Below are positions 1 to 9,539 of a DNA stretch of 64,000 nucleotides, piece by piece; the stretch's first letter is position 1, and each line of letters starts with the position of its first letter. The notes under the pieces are model-generated. The model searched no databases. It was not told the DNA's origin and saw nothing but the letters and a program-made list of their open reading frames with translations. Origin of the DNA: Candidatus Hydrogenedentota bacterium (GTDB taxonomy: Bacteria; Hydrogenedentota; Hydrogenedentia; Hydrogenedentales; SLHB01); contig CAXXTH010000017.1 of NCBI GenBank assembly GCA_963668025.2, forward strand, positions 704,001-768,000. Direction: 5' to 3'. The translations under genes and the position numbers were made by a program.

Positions 1-128
1 AACCGGCTTTCATCTTGTTCGCCATCATTCAAAAATATATACGCTATTTGATCCGGCTGATGGAGCACCCGCTCGCGCAATAATTCGACAAGCGTACGGT
101 ATCCGACCTGCCGCCGAGAATCCATCAT
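1..128 (-). CDS. 5' end of a fatty acyl-AMP ligase / adenylation-domain protein (runs off the window)
   Basis: Not in the ORF track. AGGAG RBS, then MMDSRRQVGYRTLVELLRERVLHQPDQIAYIFLNDGEQDESR, matching the FAAL N-terminal pattern TLvelLrxRAxxqPdxxAyxFLxdGe. Confidence 0.8.
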   Translation of the reverse strand, partial: MMDSRRQVGYRTLVELLRERVLHQPDQIAYIFLNDGEQDESR

Positions 129-356
129 CGGCGCTATTCTCCTGTTTGGATGTGTTCACCCGCTGGCATGCAGACGGGCATTTTACCATTTTCAGGCATG
201 GAATTCACTAAAAACGCGCAAGCTGCCATATTGGACAACTTGATCCGACCCGGCCATAAATCAATACAAACTAGAATACAATTCGAGTGGCTTTCGGTTA
301 CAGGCTTGATACAAAAAAAGGTTTTAGTTATACTCCCTCGCATTATGCGAGATGAA

Positions 357-869
357 ATGACATTATCGATACCGGTATGGGCGGATGCGCATGAGCGGAG
401 CGTTGTGTCCGCTGTAATGGAATCGATTGCGGTGGCGGGCGCAATGGCGCTGGCCGCACGGGTTCAGTTTTCGCTGATGCCATTTTCCCCAGCGCCACTC
501 ACGTTGCAGACGTTTGTGGTGTTGTTGGCGGGATATATGGTAGGCCCTCGGCGCGCATCGGCGGGCCTGATGGCGTTCGCGGTCCTTGGCGCGTTTGGCG
601 CGCCCATCCTTGCCGCGCCGCTCGGCGTGACGCTGGGTTATCTGGCGGCGTTTTTAGCCGTGCCATGGGTGGCCACCCGGTTCCGCAACACCGTCGTAGG
701 CGTGGCGGCCGGGACGCTCCTGATTTATGTCCTCGGTGCAGCCTGGATGGCCCTCTACACCCATTCGCTTCAAACAGCTATCGTTGCGGGCGTATTACCT
801 TTCTTGCCCGGTGACGCCCTGAAAGCAGCCGCAGCCGCAAAACTGGCGGAGCGCTATCGCCGCGACTAA
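357..869 (+). CDS. bioY: BioY biotin transporter substrate-binding component
   Basis: PxTLQTF motif, hydrophobic helices and GVLPFLPGDALK C-terminus. Start moved to ATG 357. Confidence 0.88.
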   Translation: MTLSIPVWADAHERSVVSAVMESIAVAGAMALAARVQFSLMPFSPAPLTLQTFVVLLAGYMVGPRRASAGLMAFAVLGAFGAPILAAPLGVTLGYLAAFLAVPWVATRFRNTVVGVAAGTLLIYVLGAAWMALYTHSLQTAIVAGVLPFLPGDALKAAAAAKLAERYRRD

Positions 870-1550
870 CCAACACATGGGACTACAGCTACCGGTATGG
901 CGGTAAATTCTATGGGTTTACATCAAGCACAGGAAGCGACACGGTGTATGATTATTGCGGAGACGGGACGCGATGGAAGCGCTCTGTGGATGGAACGGTG
1001 ACGAATGTGTATTATTGGGATGAGAACTATACAGTCGTGAATGAGGAGATAGGCGTACGTGGGTTTATGCATGTAGGCAGGACGCTGGCGTATCGGGATT
1101 TTGATGCGGGAGCGCAAACCACCACGTGGATATATTACTACGGCGACCAGCTTGGTTCCACGCGGCGGCTTAGAGATAGCGCGAAGAATTCCATGGCCCA
1201 GTTTGAGTTCGATCCATACGGTCTTTTTTATGCACAGTCGGAAACGATCAACGCCACCACCCACCTCTATGCCGGCCTTGACTATGACTCCGTGGCCGCG
1301 TTCCATTTTGCGCCTTACAGAATTTGCGCCTTACAGGACTTACAAAGCTCACTGGGGCCGATGGTTCTCTCGTGATCCGCTCGGTATGGTCGATGGGCCA
1401 AATGTATATGCGTATGTGAAAGGAGCATCTTTGAATAGACGCGATTTTACAGGGCTTTATCGCAAGGCAATTGCCCTGAAATGCCCCTTTTTAGGCCGTT
1501 GGGGGCTCTGTAGACGTTCCACGAGGGGTTCCGTAATTTGGACAGGCTAA
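869..1550 (+). pseudogene. Orphan Rhs/YD-repeat core fragment, frameshifted, with degraded C-terminal tip
   Basis: YDYxGDGxR, YYYGDQLGSTR and FDPYG in one frame. GRWFSRDPLGMVDGPNVYAYV...DFTGL in the next frame. No start codon; frameshift at 1307-1336. Confidence 0.85.
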
Positions 1551-1708
1551 CGCGCCGCTCGGTAGACCTCATCCTGAAAATCAGGAAAACGGACCGAAAA
1601 CCTGTCCAAAAGACTAACGAATTCAACTATACAGGTCCGATGGCGGCGCTAATTTGGATAGCAGTGTCATCGGGCGAATGCTCGGAGAAATAAAGCGAGA
1701 AAAGCGGA

Positions 1709-2467
1709 GTGCAGTGTATGTTTCCTTGTGGAACTGATTTGGCTAACGGAACTAGTGTCTTGAGGTGGGCTGCGGTATGGATCATAATTTTGTTGTTGGG
1801 GTTTGGTAAGAGGAATGGAATTTGTTGGATTGTCGGAGTTTCCATATGCCTCATTTCTACGTGGTTTTTTGACGAGATCATAAATGACATATTATTCTAT
1901 ATTGATGGTGAACGACAAACGCCTAATGTAGGATCTACAGTGTTGTATGCTTTTCCATTGGCAATAGCATTAGTAATACTTGTTTCGCCATATATTTTTC
2001 TGGTAAGACAATTTTTTGGCAATCGTTTTATTGTACCAGCGCTACAATATTTCTTTTTACTATCTATTGACTTTTCTTATACAGCTTTGTTGGTGCCAAA
2101 ATCTATTCCACTTTCCAGTGTTTTTAGGTTATTAGTAGATTTTAGGTTCTACTGCATACCTGCTCTTGTATTGGTTTCTTTCTACTTATACGCGAAAAGA
2201 ACGATACCTTCCAATACTACGATTCTGAAAAGAGCTAAGCCTCTTGCTATACTTCTGTCAATACCAATAGGGCAGTTGGTTTTGCTGGTTTGTTCGGGGG
2301 TTTTGTGTTCGGTTTTTGCAGATGGTATATTTTATGCGTGTGTCGTAGGGTTACAATTGGCATTATTAGTTTGTGTTTTTCATGCAGCAATCTTGCTCGT
2401 GCCATATTGTATTTGGAACATCTTCAATGTAGGTTTGCTAGAGAGGTTTAGAGCTATCTACTCATAA
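1709..2467 (+). CDS. AT-rich multi-pass membrane protein, possible Rhs immunity protein
   Basis: 252-aa hydrophobic ORF, visibly lower GC than its flanks, directly after the Rhs tip. Start uncertain. Confidence 0.55.
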   Translation: MQCMFPCGTDLANGTSVLRWAAVWIIILLLGFGKRNGICWIVGVSICLISTWFFDEIINDILFYIDGERQTPNVGSTVLYAFPLAIALVILVSPYIFLVRQFFGNRFIVPALQYFFLLSIDFSYTALLVPKSIPLSSVFRLLVDFRFYCIPALVLVSFYLYAKRTIPSNTTILKRAKPLAILLSIPIGQLVLLVCSGVLCSVFADGIFYACVVGLQLALLVCVFHAAILLVPYCIWNIFNVGLLERFRAIYS

Positions 2468-2742
2468 TTGCAGACGGACATCCGCCTGTCTCGGCGAAAT
2501 TCAACATGAAGATATGCGGTCGCTTCTATCAGTAAATCTACGTGTGCTTTTCCTATGACCTGGAATCATAGGGCCGTGTTCCGGCACATATCCTGTTATA
2601 GAAGGCGTTGCCAGGATGTTGGGTACCGGGATATTGGGTATTTCAGCGGTGAAGAACCGCTTTTTTTCGCGTAGAAGCAGTTGAATGAGTTGAGGATGCG
2701 CCGGTGCGGGGAGTTTTTTCTTCGCATCGGCGCTTTTTTTTG

Positions 2743-2778
2743 TTGACTTCTGGTACGGAAGTATATATACTTCCGTAC
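2743..2778 (+). promoter_or_regulatory. Sigma70 promoter of the IS overlapped by a 26-bp perfect palindrome
   Basis: TTGACT (2743-2748), 17 bp, TATACT (2766-2771). Palindrome GTACGGAAGTATATATACTTCCGTAC at 2753-2778. Confidence 0.75.
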
Positions 2779-3126
2779 ATGGAAGGGAAACCTGTCACGA
2801 ACTCGGCGGGACGCAAGGTCCAGGCGCGCCTGGCGCGTCTGGGGCCCTTTCTTCCCGCCACGCTCACCATCACCCGCAGCCGCTGCGGGAACCCGCGCTG
2901 CCGGTGCGTCCAGGAAGGGCCGATCCATGAAACGGCCCTGCTGACGTGGAAGGAGGGCGGGAAGACCCGCACCCTCCACGTGCCCCGTGAATTGCGCCGC
3001 GAAGTGGCGCAATGGATTGAGGAATGGAAAAAGCTCAAGAAGCTCGTCGAGGCCATGGGCGCGGCCCAACGGCAGTTCCTGCAAACCCGCAAGAAGAGCA
3101 TCCGGAAATCATCCGGGCCTTCTTGA
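2779..3126 (+). CDS. Small Cys-rich IS-associated protein (DUF6788-like)
   Basis: RCGNPRCRC...GPIH...LTWKEGGKTRTLHVP followed by a coiled coil; directly upstream of the transposase. Confidence 0.75.
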   Translation: MEGKPVTNSAGRKVQARLARLGPFLPATLTITRSRCGNPRCRCVQEGPIHETALLTWKEGGKTRTLHVPRELRREVAQWIEEWKKLKKLVEAMGAAQRQFLQTRKKSIRKSSGPS

Positions 3127-4460
3127 GGACGTTCACCCACTTCTTTGGCCCGGTGCGCAAGCGCTTTGCGGGCTTGCCCGATCCCCGCAAACCCGAGCAA
3201 GCCGGCGACGTGGACTACAGTGTCGCGTCGCTGGTGTTCTTGGGAGTGCTGATGTTCGCATGCCGGCTCGGGGCGCGCCGGCAAGTCCGCCTGCAGTTGT
3301 ACACGACGTTCATGGTCCATCTGTACAAGGTCTTGTTTGACGTGGACAGCGTGCCGCATGGCGATACGATGAACGGGGTATTTCGCGGTTTGCCGTTCGA
3401 GGCGGTCCAGGAACTCGTTTCCGGCATGACGCAGACGCTCATCGACAAGAAGGTGTTGTACCCCCACCGCCTGTTCGGGCGCTACTACGTGGCGGCCATC
3501 GACGCCACGGGGACACGCAGTTATGATCATCGCCACTGCGCCCATTGCCTCACGCGCAAGCACAAGAGCGGCAAGATCACCTACTACCATCCCGTGCTGG
3601 AGTCCAAGATCGTCACGCCAAACGGGTGGGTCTTTTCGCTCATGACGGAGTTCATTGAGAATCTAGAGGAAGACCTGGCGAAAAGCGAGCAACAACGCAA
3701 GCAGGATTGCGAGACCAAAGCCTTCTACCGGCTGGCCCCACGCCTGCATGCCCGATTCCCCCGCTTGCCGCTGCTGTTGGCGATGGACGGCCTGTACGCC
3801 ACGGGACCGGTGTTTCGGCTGTGCCAGCAATATGGCTGGAAGTTCATGATTACGCTCACGGACGGCCAATTGGCCACCGTGAACGAAGAATTCGAGAGCC
3901 TCGCGGCCGCGACGCCCGAAAACCAGCTTACGTGGCGTTGCGGCAACAAGAAGGAAATCCACCAGCAGTTTCGCTGGGTCAACGACATCCCCTACCGCGA
4001 TTCCGAGCGGCGTGAACACATCCTGTCCGTGCTCGAATGCGTGGACACCCGCCCGGACGCGGAAGGCATGATAAAGAAAACCAAGTTCAAATGGGTGACC
4101 AACGTATCCGTATCCGCGCACAATGCGGCCGCCTTGGCCAATGAAGGAGGACGCTTACGCTGGAAGATTGAAAATGAAGCATTCAACGTGCAGAAAAACG
4201 GCGGCTACAACCTCGAACACGCCTATACCCAAAACGAACAGGCCAGTAAGATCTACTACCTCTTGATGCAGATAGCCCATCTGCTCATGCAACTCCTGGA
4301 GGATGGCAGCCTTCTGGCCGCCCACTTTCCAAAAGGATTCGGCTCCGCCAGAAACCTTGCCCATCGCCTCCTCGAAGCCCTGCGCAACGCCACCCTGTCC
4401 CGCGAACAATATGACGCCCTCTGCACCGAGGCCATCCAGATCCGCTTCAGTTCCGCGTAG
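3024..4460 (+). CDS. DDE transposase (ISAs1/IS4-superfamily-like)
   Basis: AIDAT, MDGLY and RWKIENEAFNVQK motifs. Confidence 0.9.
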   Translation: MEKAQEARRGHGRGPTAVPANPQEEHPEIIRAFLRTFTHFFGPVRKRFAGLPDPRKPEQAGDVDYSVASLVFLGVLMFACRLGARRQVRLQLYTTFMVHLYKVLFDVDSVPHGDTMNGVFRGLPFEAVQELVSGMTQTLIDKKVLYPHRLFGRYYVAAIDATGTRSYDHRHCAHCLTRKHKSGKITYYHPVLESKIVTPNGWVFSLMTEFIENLEEDLAKSEQQRKQDCETKAFYRLAPRLHARFPRLPLLLAMDGLYATGPVFRLCQQYGWKFMITLTDGQLATVNEEFESLAAATPENQLTWRCGNKKEIHQQFRWVNDIPYRDSERREHILSVLECVDTRPDAEGMIKKTKFKWVTNVSVSAHNAAALANEGGRLRWKIENEAFNVQKNGGYNLEHAYTQNEQASKIYYLLMQIAHLLMQLLEDGSLLAAHFPKGFGSARNLAHRLLEALRNATLSREQYDALCTEAIQIRFSSA

Positions 4461-4675
4461 AGAGCCCGCGAGTTCCCGGTTGCGCCGCCCACCCTGCACG
4501 TCACGCCCCCCGTTCACCGGCTTCTACGCATAGCCCACGCTACTCCTATTGCCCGTCGGCCTCGCCACCCCCCGTCTAACCCGCATCACCTCAACGCCTG
4601 ACCCTGGGGCGCCGCTATTCTTCACCGCTGTGCGCTAAGGCATTGTTATGTTTGTCCTCTATATGATTAAATACT

Positions 4676-4697
4676 GTAGGGTGGGGCTTGCCCCACC
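4676..4697 (+). repeat. REP-like palindrome GTAGGGTGGGGCTTGCCCCACC
   Basis: GTAG plus hairpin; exact reverse-complement copy at 15071-15092. Confidence 0.8.
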
Positions 4698-4848
4698 GGA
4701 CTGCGGAGCGCTCACATTAAAGGGTCTTCGTATTACTATCTGGCATAATGTTGTTTTCTTGCGAAGATTCTCGATGCAAATCCAGCCACATCACGTAGTT
4801 GCATATCTCGGCTCTTTACAGGGCGTTTTGCTTGAGCCTTACTCATCA

Positions 4849-4871
4849 CATGGGCGAGACGCCCATGCTAC
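4849..4871 (-). repeat. REP-like palindrome CATGGGCGAGACGCCCATGCTAC
   Basis: Exact copy at 30757-30779; variants at 11047-11094 and near 61730-61752. Confidence 0.8.
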
Positions 4872-5087
4872 GGAAGCCAAAGCATCAAGTGATGATTTAT
4901 TGGCGTTCATTTGCGGCCATACCGCGTTAAGATATCTATGCTCTCTCATATGTATTACTCAAAATACATATAACCTGCATTGCCTTATCTTCCGCCGAAA
5001 CAAATATCGGCGGAAGATAAGGCTCACAGAGCAGATACGAATCCTATGGACGAGACGGGATTTGTCTTTTCGGATTCTCGTCCTCCT

Positions 5088-7448
5088 TTATTGAACGGTC
5101 TTTGCGCATTCCTCAAAAAGCGCTTTCGCGGCCCCTGCCTTGCCGACAAAATATACCGGTGAACTGGTGAGGCGAACACTGGGTCCCTTCACGGTACGGC
5201 CCATAATGTCGAGGCAAGCCGCTCCTTCCGGCACATTTACGGTTGCTGTTTCATCCGGATCCCACAGCACGAGGACGGACTGGCTTCCGGTCTCAAAAGC
5301 GAAAACAAGGCCCCCTTCAGTCTTATCCGCCACATGCTTCGGACTGGTCCCCATGAGTTCCGTGAACACGGCCACGGCAGGGAATACCTTGCGCACGGCG
5401 CCATCGGCAAACATGCAGCTTTCCGTGCCCGGTTTATTGACCGATCCGGTGCTTCCCGAATGCAGGAAGATGCGTTCTCCACCACGGCCAAGGAAGATCG
5501 TGCAATAGCGGACGGTATAACCCGCGACATCTTTTTCACTGAGGAACTTGTCTTCAGACCATAAGCCGGGAATGGGTATGAATGGATCGCGAGGCAGGTC
5601 GTCGGAGCCGAAATAGGAGAACTCCGTCATCCACATGGGCTTGGGGCCGCCGTACTCCTTCATGACCGCCAGCAGTTCGTCGTATGGGGCGATCCGCTCT
5701 TCGGGCTTGGCCTTGACGGGATAGTCATGAACGCCGTAGATATCGACCAAATCCAACACTCCGGCTTTTAACATCAAGGTAGTGTATTCACCCGTGGAAG
5801 CCATTCCAGGGCCGCCCATGATGCGGGCTTTGGGATTGGCGGAGCGAATAGCGGGTGCGGCCTCCTTGAGCAGTGTCAGGTAATCATCCACCGTGTGGCC
5901 TTTGATCGTCTCGCTACTCAAGGTATTTGCATCCGGTAGCGAGTAGGAAGTGTAGAGAGGTTCGTTCAAGAACTCCCACACTTGAATCTGCTTCTGATAT
6001 CGGCTGACGACGGTGGAGACAAAACCCGACAATTCCTTCACATCCCGGGGCATCCATGCCCAGCGCGCCCGAAGGAGCAGTTCGCGCTCATCGCCTTTGC
6101 CCCCGCTTTTATAGCGCGGCGATTGGGCCATGAGGGTATCGAGAGCCGGAGCGGTCGAGTTCCATTCCGCCGAGGGAAAAGGAATCATGGCCATCAGGTT
6201 CACATCCTGGTCGGCAATGCGATTCATCTGCGGGTCGCTGATTTGCCATTGATAGTTTCCCGGCTCCGGCTCGATGTGCTGCCATTTGAGCGACCAGTCG
6301 CGGTACCAGCTCACACCGGCTTTTTTCGCTATCGAGATCAAGAATGCCGTGGGATACGCGTGGTTCACTCCGATGACCGTATCACGGGTGGTGCGAGGAG
6401 GCACAATCGCCACACGCAACAGGTGCTTCTCCTCCGCTTCGCCACTTTTACACAATGCCACGACCCGGTAAAAACCTTGCCATTCCGCAGGCAAGGGCAT
6501 CTGTTTCTCGCTTACGGACCCTGCCGGAACCTCCAAAGAAACGGCGGGTAGCTCGACAGGCTCATCAAAGAAATCGGCCACTTGAAAACGAATGTCCGCC
6601 CGCGCTGGCGCAGCACTGTTGTTATAGGCCGTAATCGTGAGGCCCGCTTCACCTGTGGTGAATACCCCGGCGGGAGCAGATGGAACAACGCCTATTTCCA
6701 ACTCACTGCGAGGTGCAAAGCTGGTGGCTGTGGCGCCTTTTTCGAGCTGGATGGCGTCCACATCCACCAAGACATCTTCCTCAAACGTCAGGTCTGGCCC
6801 AGCCAATACAAAAAGAAAGGGATACTTGGGCACGAAGGAGTGCGTGTACCGTTTCCACTCCGTGGTAAGGAGCACCTTCGTGAGAATCTCCTCTTGCGCG
6901 CCATTCCAGCCTTGGCCCGCGTCTTCACTCTGCACGCCAAAAGATGCAGGTACTCCATCACGCGACGCACGCATATCGACGGAGATCACGTAGGGCTGGC
7001 CTGGCGCCACCTCGATCCATCCGAGATTCGCGGCCAGTGGCCGAAGCTCCCGGTGAACAACCGGCTGGAAATAATCGTAATTGAAAACAGGGGTATTCTC
7101 ACCTCCCAAGGGTATGCGCAAAAAGGCCCCGCCATGAGAACCACCGAATTTCTCGACTGCGCCATGCAGGGATGCAAAATTACCCCAGTTGTGAACGAGG
7201 CACGCCCAAAGATTTTGATAGCCGACACCATGCCCCAGAGATGACCAATCCGCTTGGCCCAATTCAAAGGAACCGTTGGGCACTAGGTTTTTGCCTCCTA
7301 ACGCGGGAACCGTATCGGTGAAACGCACCATTTCCGTCGTTTCGCCTCCCCATGAAGTGCCTGCACCGCAGTAAATCAAGAGCGTACACAGAAAAAACGC
7401 AGTGGCAAGACAAGGTTTTTTTTGAGCTTGGCGCATGGTTATTTCCAT
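5088..7448 (-). CDS. Secreted clan GH-A glycoside hydrolase (GH39/GH5-like) with N-terminal CBM-like domain
   Basis: Signal peptide, NLVPNGSFE (CBM4/9-like), acid/base WEFLNEP, nucleophile PMWMTEF. Confidence 0.75.
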   Translation of the reverse strand: MEITMRQAQKKPCLATAFFLCTLLIYCGAGTSWGGETTEMVRFTDTVPALGGKNLVPNGSFELGQADWSSLGHGVGYQNLWACLVHNWGNFASLHGAVEKFGGSHGGAFLRIPLGGENTPVFNYDYFQPVVHRELRPLAANLGWIEVAPGQPYVISVDMRASRDGVPASFGVQSEDAGQGWNGAQEEILTKVLLTTEWKRYTHSFVPKYPFLFVLAGPDLTFEEDVLVDVDAIQLEKGATATSFAPRSELEIGVVPSAPAGVFTTGEAGLTITAYNNSAAPARADIRFQVADFFDEPVELPAVSLEVPAGSVSEKQMPLPAEWQGFYRVVALCKSGEAEEKHLLRVAIVPPRTTRDTVIGVNHAYPTAFLISIAKKAGVSWYRDWSLKWQHIEPEPGNYQWQISDPQMNRIADQDVNLMAMIPFPSAEWNSTAPALDTLMAQSPRYKSGGKGDERELLLRARWAWMPRDVKELSGFVSTVVSRYQKQIQVWEFLNEPLYTSYSLPDANTLSSETIKGHTVDDYLTLLKEAAPAIRSANPKARIMGGPGMASTGEYTTLMLKAGVLDLVDIYGVHDYPVKAKPEERIAPYDELLAVMKEYGGPKPMWMTEFSYFGSDDLPRDPFIPIPGLWSEDKFLSEKDVAGYTVRYCTIFLGRGGERIFLHSGSTGSVNKPGTESCMFADGAVRKVFPAVAVFTELMGTSPKHVADKTEGGLVFAFETGSQSVLVLWDPDETATVNVPEGAACLDIMGRTVKGPSVRLTSSPVYFVGKAGAAKALFEECAKTVQ

Positions 7449-7712
7449 CCCCTTTTGTTCAAATCAGGTAATCCTCTCAAATATACTCCTAGAAAACGCC
7501 GATAAATACCCGGAAGTCAGGTGCTTTTTTTAACCAAAAGAGAATAGATCAGCACATTTGAGATGTCAAAAAATCGCGGTGGTTCTGAGTCACAAGAGAA
7601 AAAAGAACGCTAGTGGAAGGGCCAGTCTTCTGAAACGGCTCACGAAAGAGTCCATCATGTGGAATATTCAGTTTTGCGCAGCCGTAGCATAGGTAGAATA
7701 GAATAAAAACGC

Positions 7713-9290
7713 TCAAAGTCCTTGCGCGTCCCCCGGCGGAGGAGCCAATTGAAGCGCCATCGCGAAAATCGTCATCCCCCCTCCATCCGGTTCGAGTTCG
7801 AGCTTGCCGTTATGGGCGCGGATGATCTCGCGGGCAAGGCTGAGGCCGAGGCCCATGCCGTCCACGGCGCGATTATGGGCCTTATCGCCGCGATAGAATC
7901 GTTCGAATACCCGCTCGCGGTCCTCTGTCGGAATACCCGGGCCGGTATTGCCAATCCGGAAAAAGGCATGCTGGTTCGCCTTGCGCAGTTCAAGGGCCAC
8001 CTTGCCATCAGGATGGTTATATTTGATGGCGTTACTGGCGAGATTCTGAAGCACTTGGTTGAGCAGATCCGGGTCCGCCATGACGAAGACATCCGGCTCA
8101 AGACTCGCCTTTAGGGTCAAGCCCGGTGCAAGAATCTGGATATCATCAACCATGGACTCGATCGCTTCGCTTATATTGACCGGTTCGAGGTGCAGCCGCA
8201 ATTGCCCGGTGTCGGCCAGCGACAGCAAGAGGAGTTTGCGGCTAATGGACTTGAGCCGCTGGACTTCTCCCAGAAGCTGCGAATAGCGCTGTTGATGCGG
8301 CGAGCCGGCCTTCGCCGCTTGCAGCGCCTGTTCGAGTTCGCCTTGCAAGATGGTAAGGGGCGTCTTGAGTTCGTGCGCTGCGTCCGCGCTGAACCGCGTG
8401 GCTTGATGGAAGCTTTTTTCAAGCCGGTCCATCATTTCATTGAACACGGTAATCAGCCGCATGAATTCGGGGTCCGCGTGCTCGAGGGGGATGCGCTGGC
8501 TAAGGCCTTTGGCGGTGATGCCTTCCACGGTCATGCTGAGCGTTTGCACGGGGCGCAGTGCGCGCTGCGATAGCAGCCATCCGCCGCCCGCGATTAGAAA
8601 CAGCGCCGCGCCGAATGCAATGCCGAAAGACAAGCGCAAGTAGCGTGCTCGGGCCATGTACTCTTTCAGATTGAGGCCGAGCACAAGCGTGATGTCTGAA
8701 TTGCCCAGAACGGCTATGCGCCAAGACTGGCCATTGGCTTCGCGGGTCAGGAATCCCGGCGGCGAGGGTGGAAGCATTACCGGCGGGCCCATGCGTTCGC
8801 CTGGCGGGCCGCCAGGCCCCTGGCGCATGCGGACACCGCCCTCGTCACCCCCAAATGGCCCCTGGTCTCGAGGGCCTTCAGGCGGCCCAGCAAACATCGG
8901 CGCATCCGGCGGTTCTGGCATTTCGAACTTCGATGGGACTAATGCTTCCGGAGTGAGGCTTTCAGGCCAATTGGGAGATTGATATAACGTTTTGCCATCT
9001 CGATCTCGCACATAAAGGATGAACGCGTCATTCTCGCCTTCTCCATAAAGGAATTGAAGGGATTGCCCCATGCGTGACCAATATTCCGTCGAGCGCCGTA
9101 TTTCAATATGGCGTCCTGCTATGTGTTGGATATCTCCATCGACGCGGGTAAGCTCCATGCGTAGGATAATCGCCAGCGCCCACCCGCCAAACGCCGCCAG
9201 CACGACTCCCGAAAGCGCCATGGACAACAGCGCAATCCGGAGCTTGAAGCTCAAGCGGGGAAGATGAAAGGTTTGCATGATGTTCCGCAT
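7713..9290 (-). CDS. Membrane sensor histidine kinase (HAMP-HisKA-HATPase, CusS/CzcS-like)
   Basis: Two TM helices, AHELKTPLT H-box, NLASNAIKY N-box, GMGLGL G2-box. Confidence 0.92.
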   Translation of the reverse strand: MRNIMQTFHLPRLSFKLRIALLSMALSGVVLAAFGGWALAIILRMELTRVDGDIQHIAGRHIEIRRSTEYWSRMGQSLQFLYGEGENDAFILYVRDRDGKTLYQSPNWPESLTPEALVPSKFEMPEPPDAPMFAGPPEGPRDQGPFGGDEGGVRMRQGPGGPPGERMGPPVMLPPSPPGFLTREANGQSWRIAVLGNSDITLVLGLNLKEYMARARYLRLSFGIAFGAALFLIAGGGWLLSQRALRPVQTLSMTVEGITAKGLSQRIPLEHADPEFMRLITVFNEMMDRLEKSFHQATRFSADAAHELKTPLTILQGELEQALQAAKAGSPHQQRYSQLLGEVQRLKSISRKLLLLSLADTGQLRLHLEPVNISEAIESMVDDIQILAPGLTLKASLEPDVFVMADPDLLNQVLQNLASNAIKYNHPDGKVALELRKANQHAFFRIGNTGPGIPTEDRERVFERFYRGDKAHNRAVDGMGLGLSLAREIIRAHNGKLELEPDGGGMTIFAMALQLAPPPGDAQGL

Positions 9291-9539
9291 TGGCGAACGC
9301 GCATCCTCTTGTGCCTGTAATCATAGTAGCTGCACGCAGGTGGAGAATTACAGCCTGGATTCTATAAATAAGTGTGATTAATGACTGGCGAGGGCGCAGA
9401 CATATGGAATATCGATTATTGCACTCCGTGAGCCGTTGCGATAAAAACAAGCGTATGCTTCAGAAAAACAGCATATAGGTTGCCCTTATCTGGCGCGGTT
9501 TGTTATCGTGCCGTGCGGCAACGCTGGAGGAGTATCCCG

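Larger units (their letters stand above)
2644..4630 (+). mobile_element. Insertion sequence, two ORFs, 13-bp perfect terminal inverted repeats
   Basis: CAGCGGTGAAGAA at 2644-2656 and its reverse complement TTCTTCACCGCTG at 4618-4630 enclose a DDE transposase. GC-rich relative to flanks. No target duplication seen. Confidence 0.88.

Noticed and set aside
4648-5094. 148-aa plus-strand ORF after the IS
   Set aside because: Runs through REP repeats, has no recognisable motif and atypical composition.
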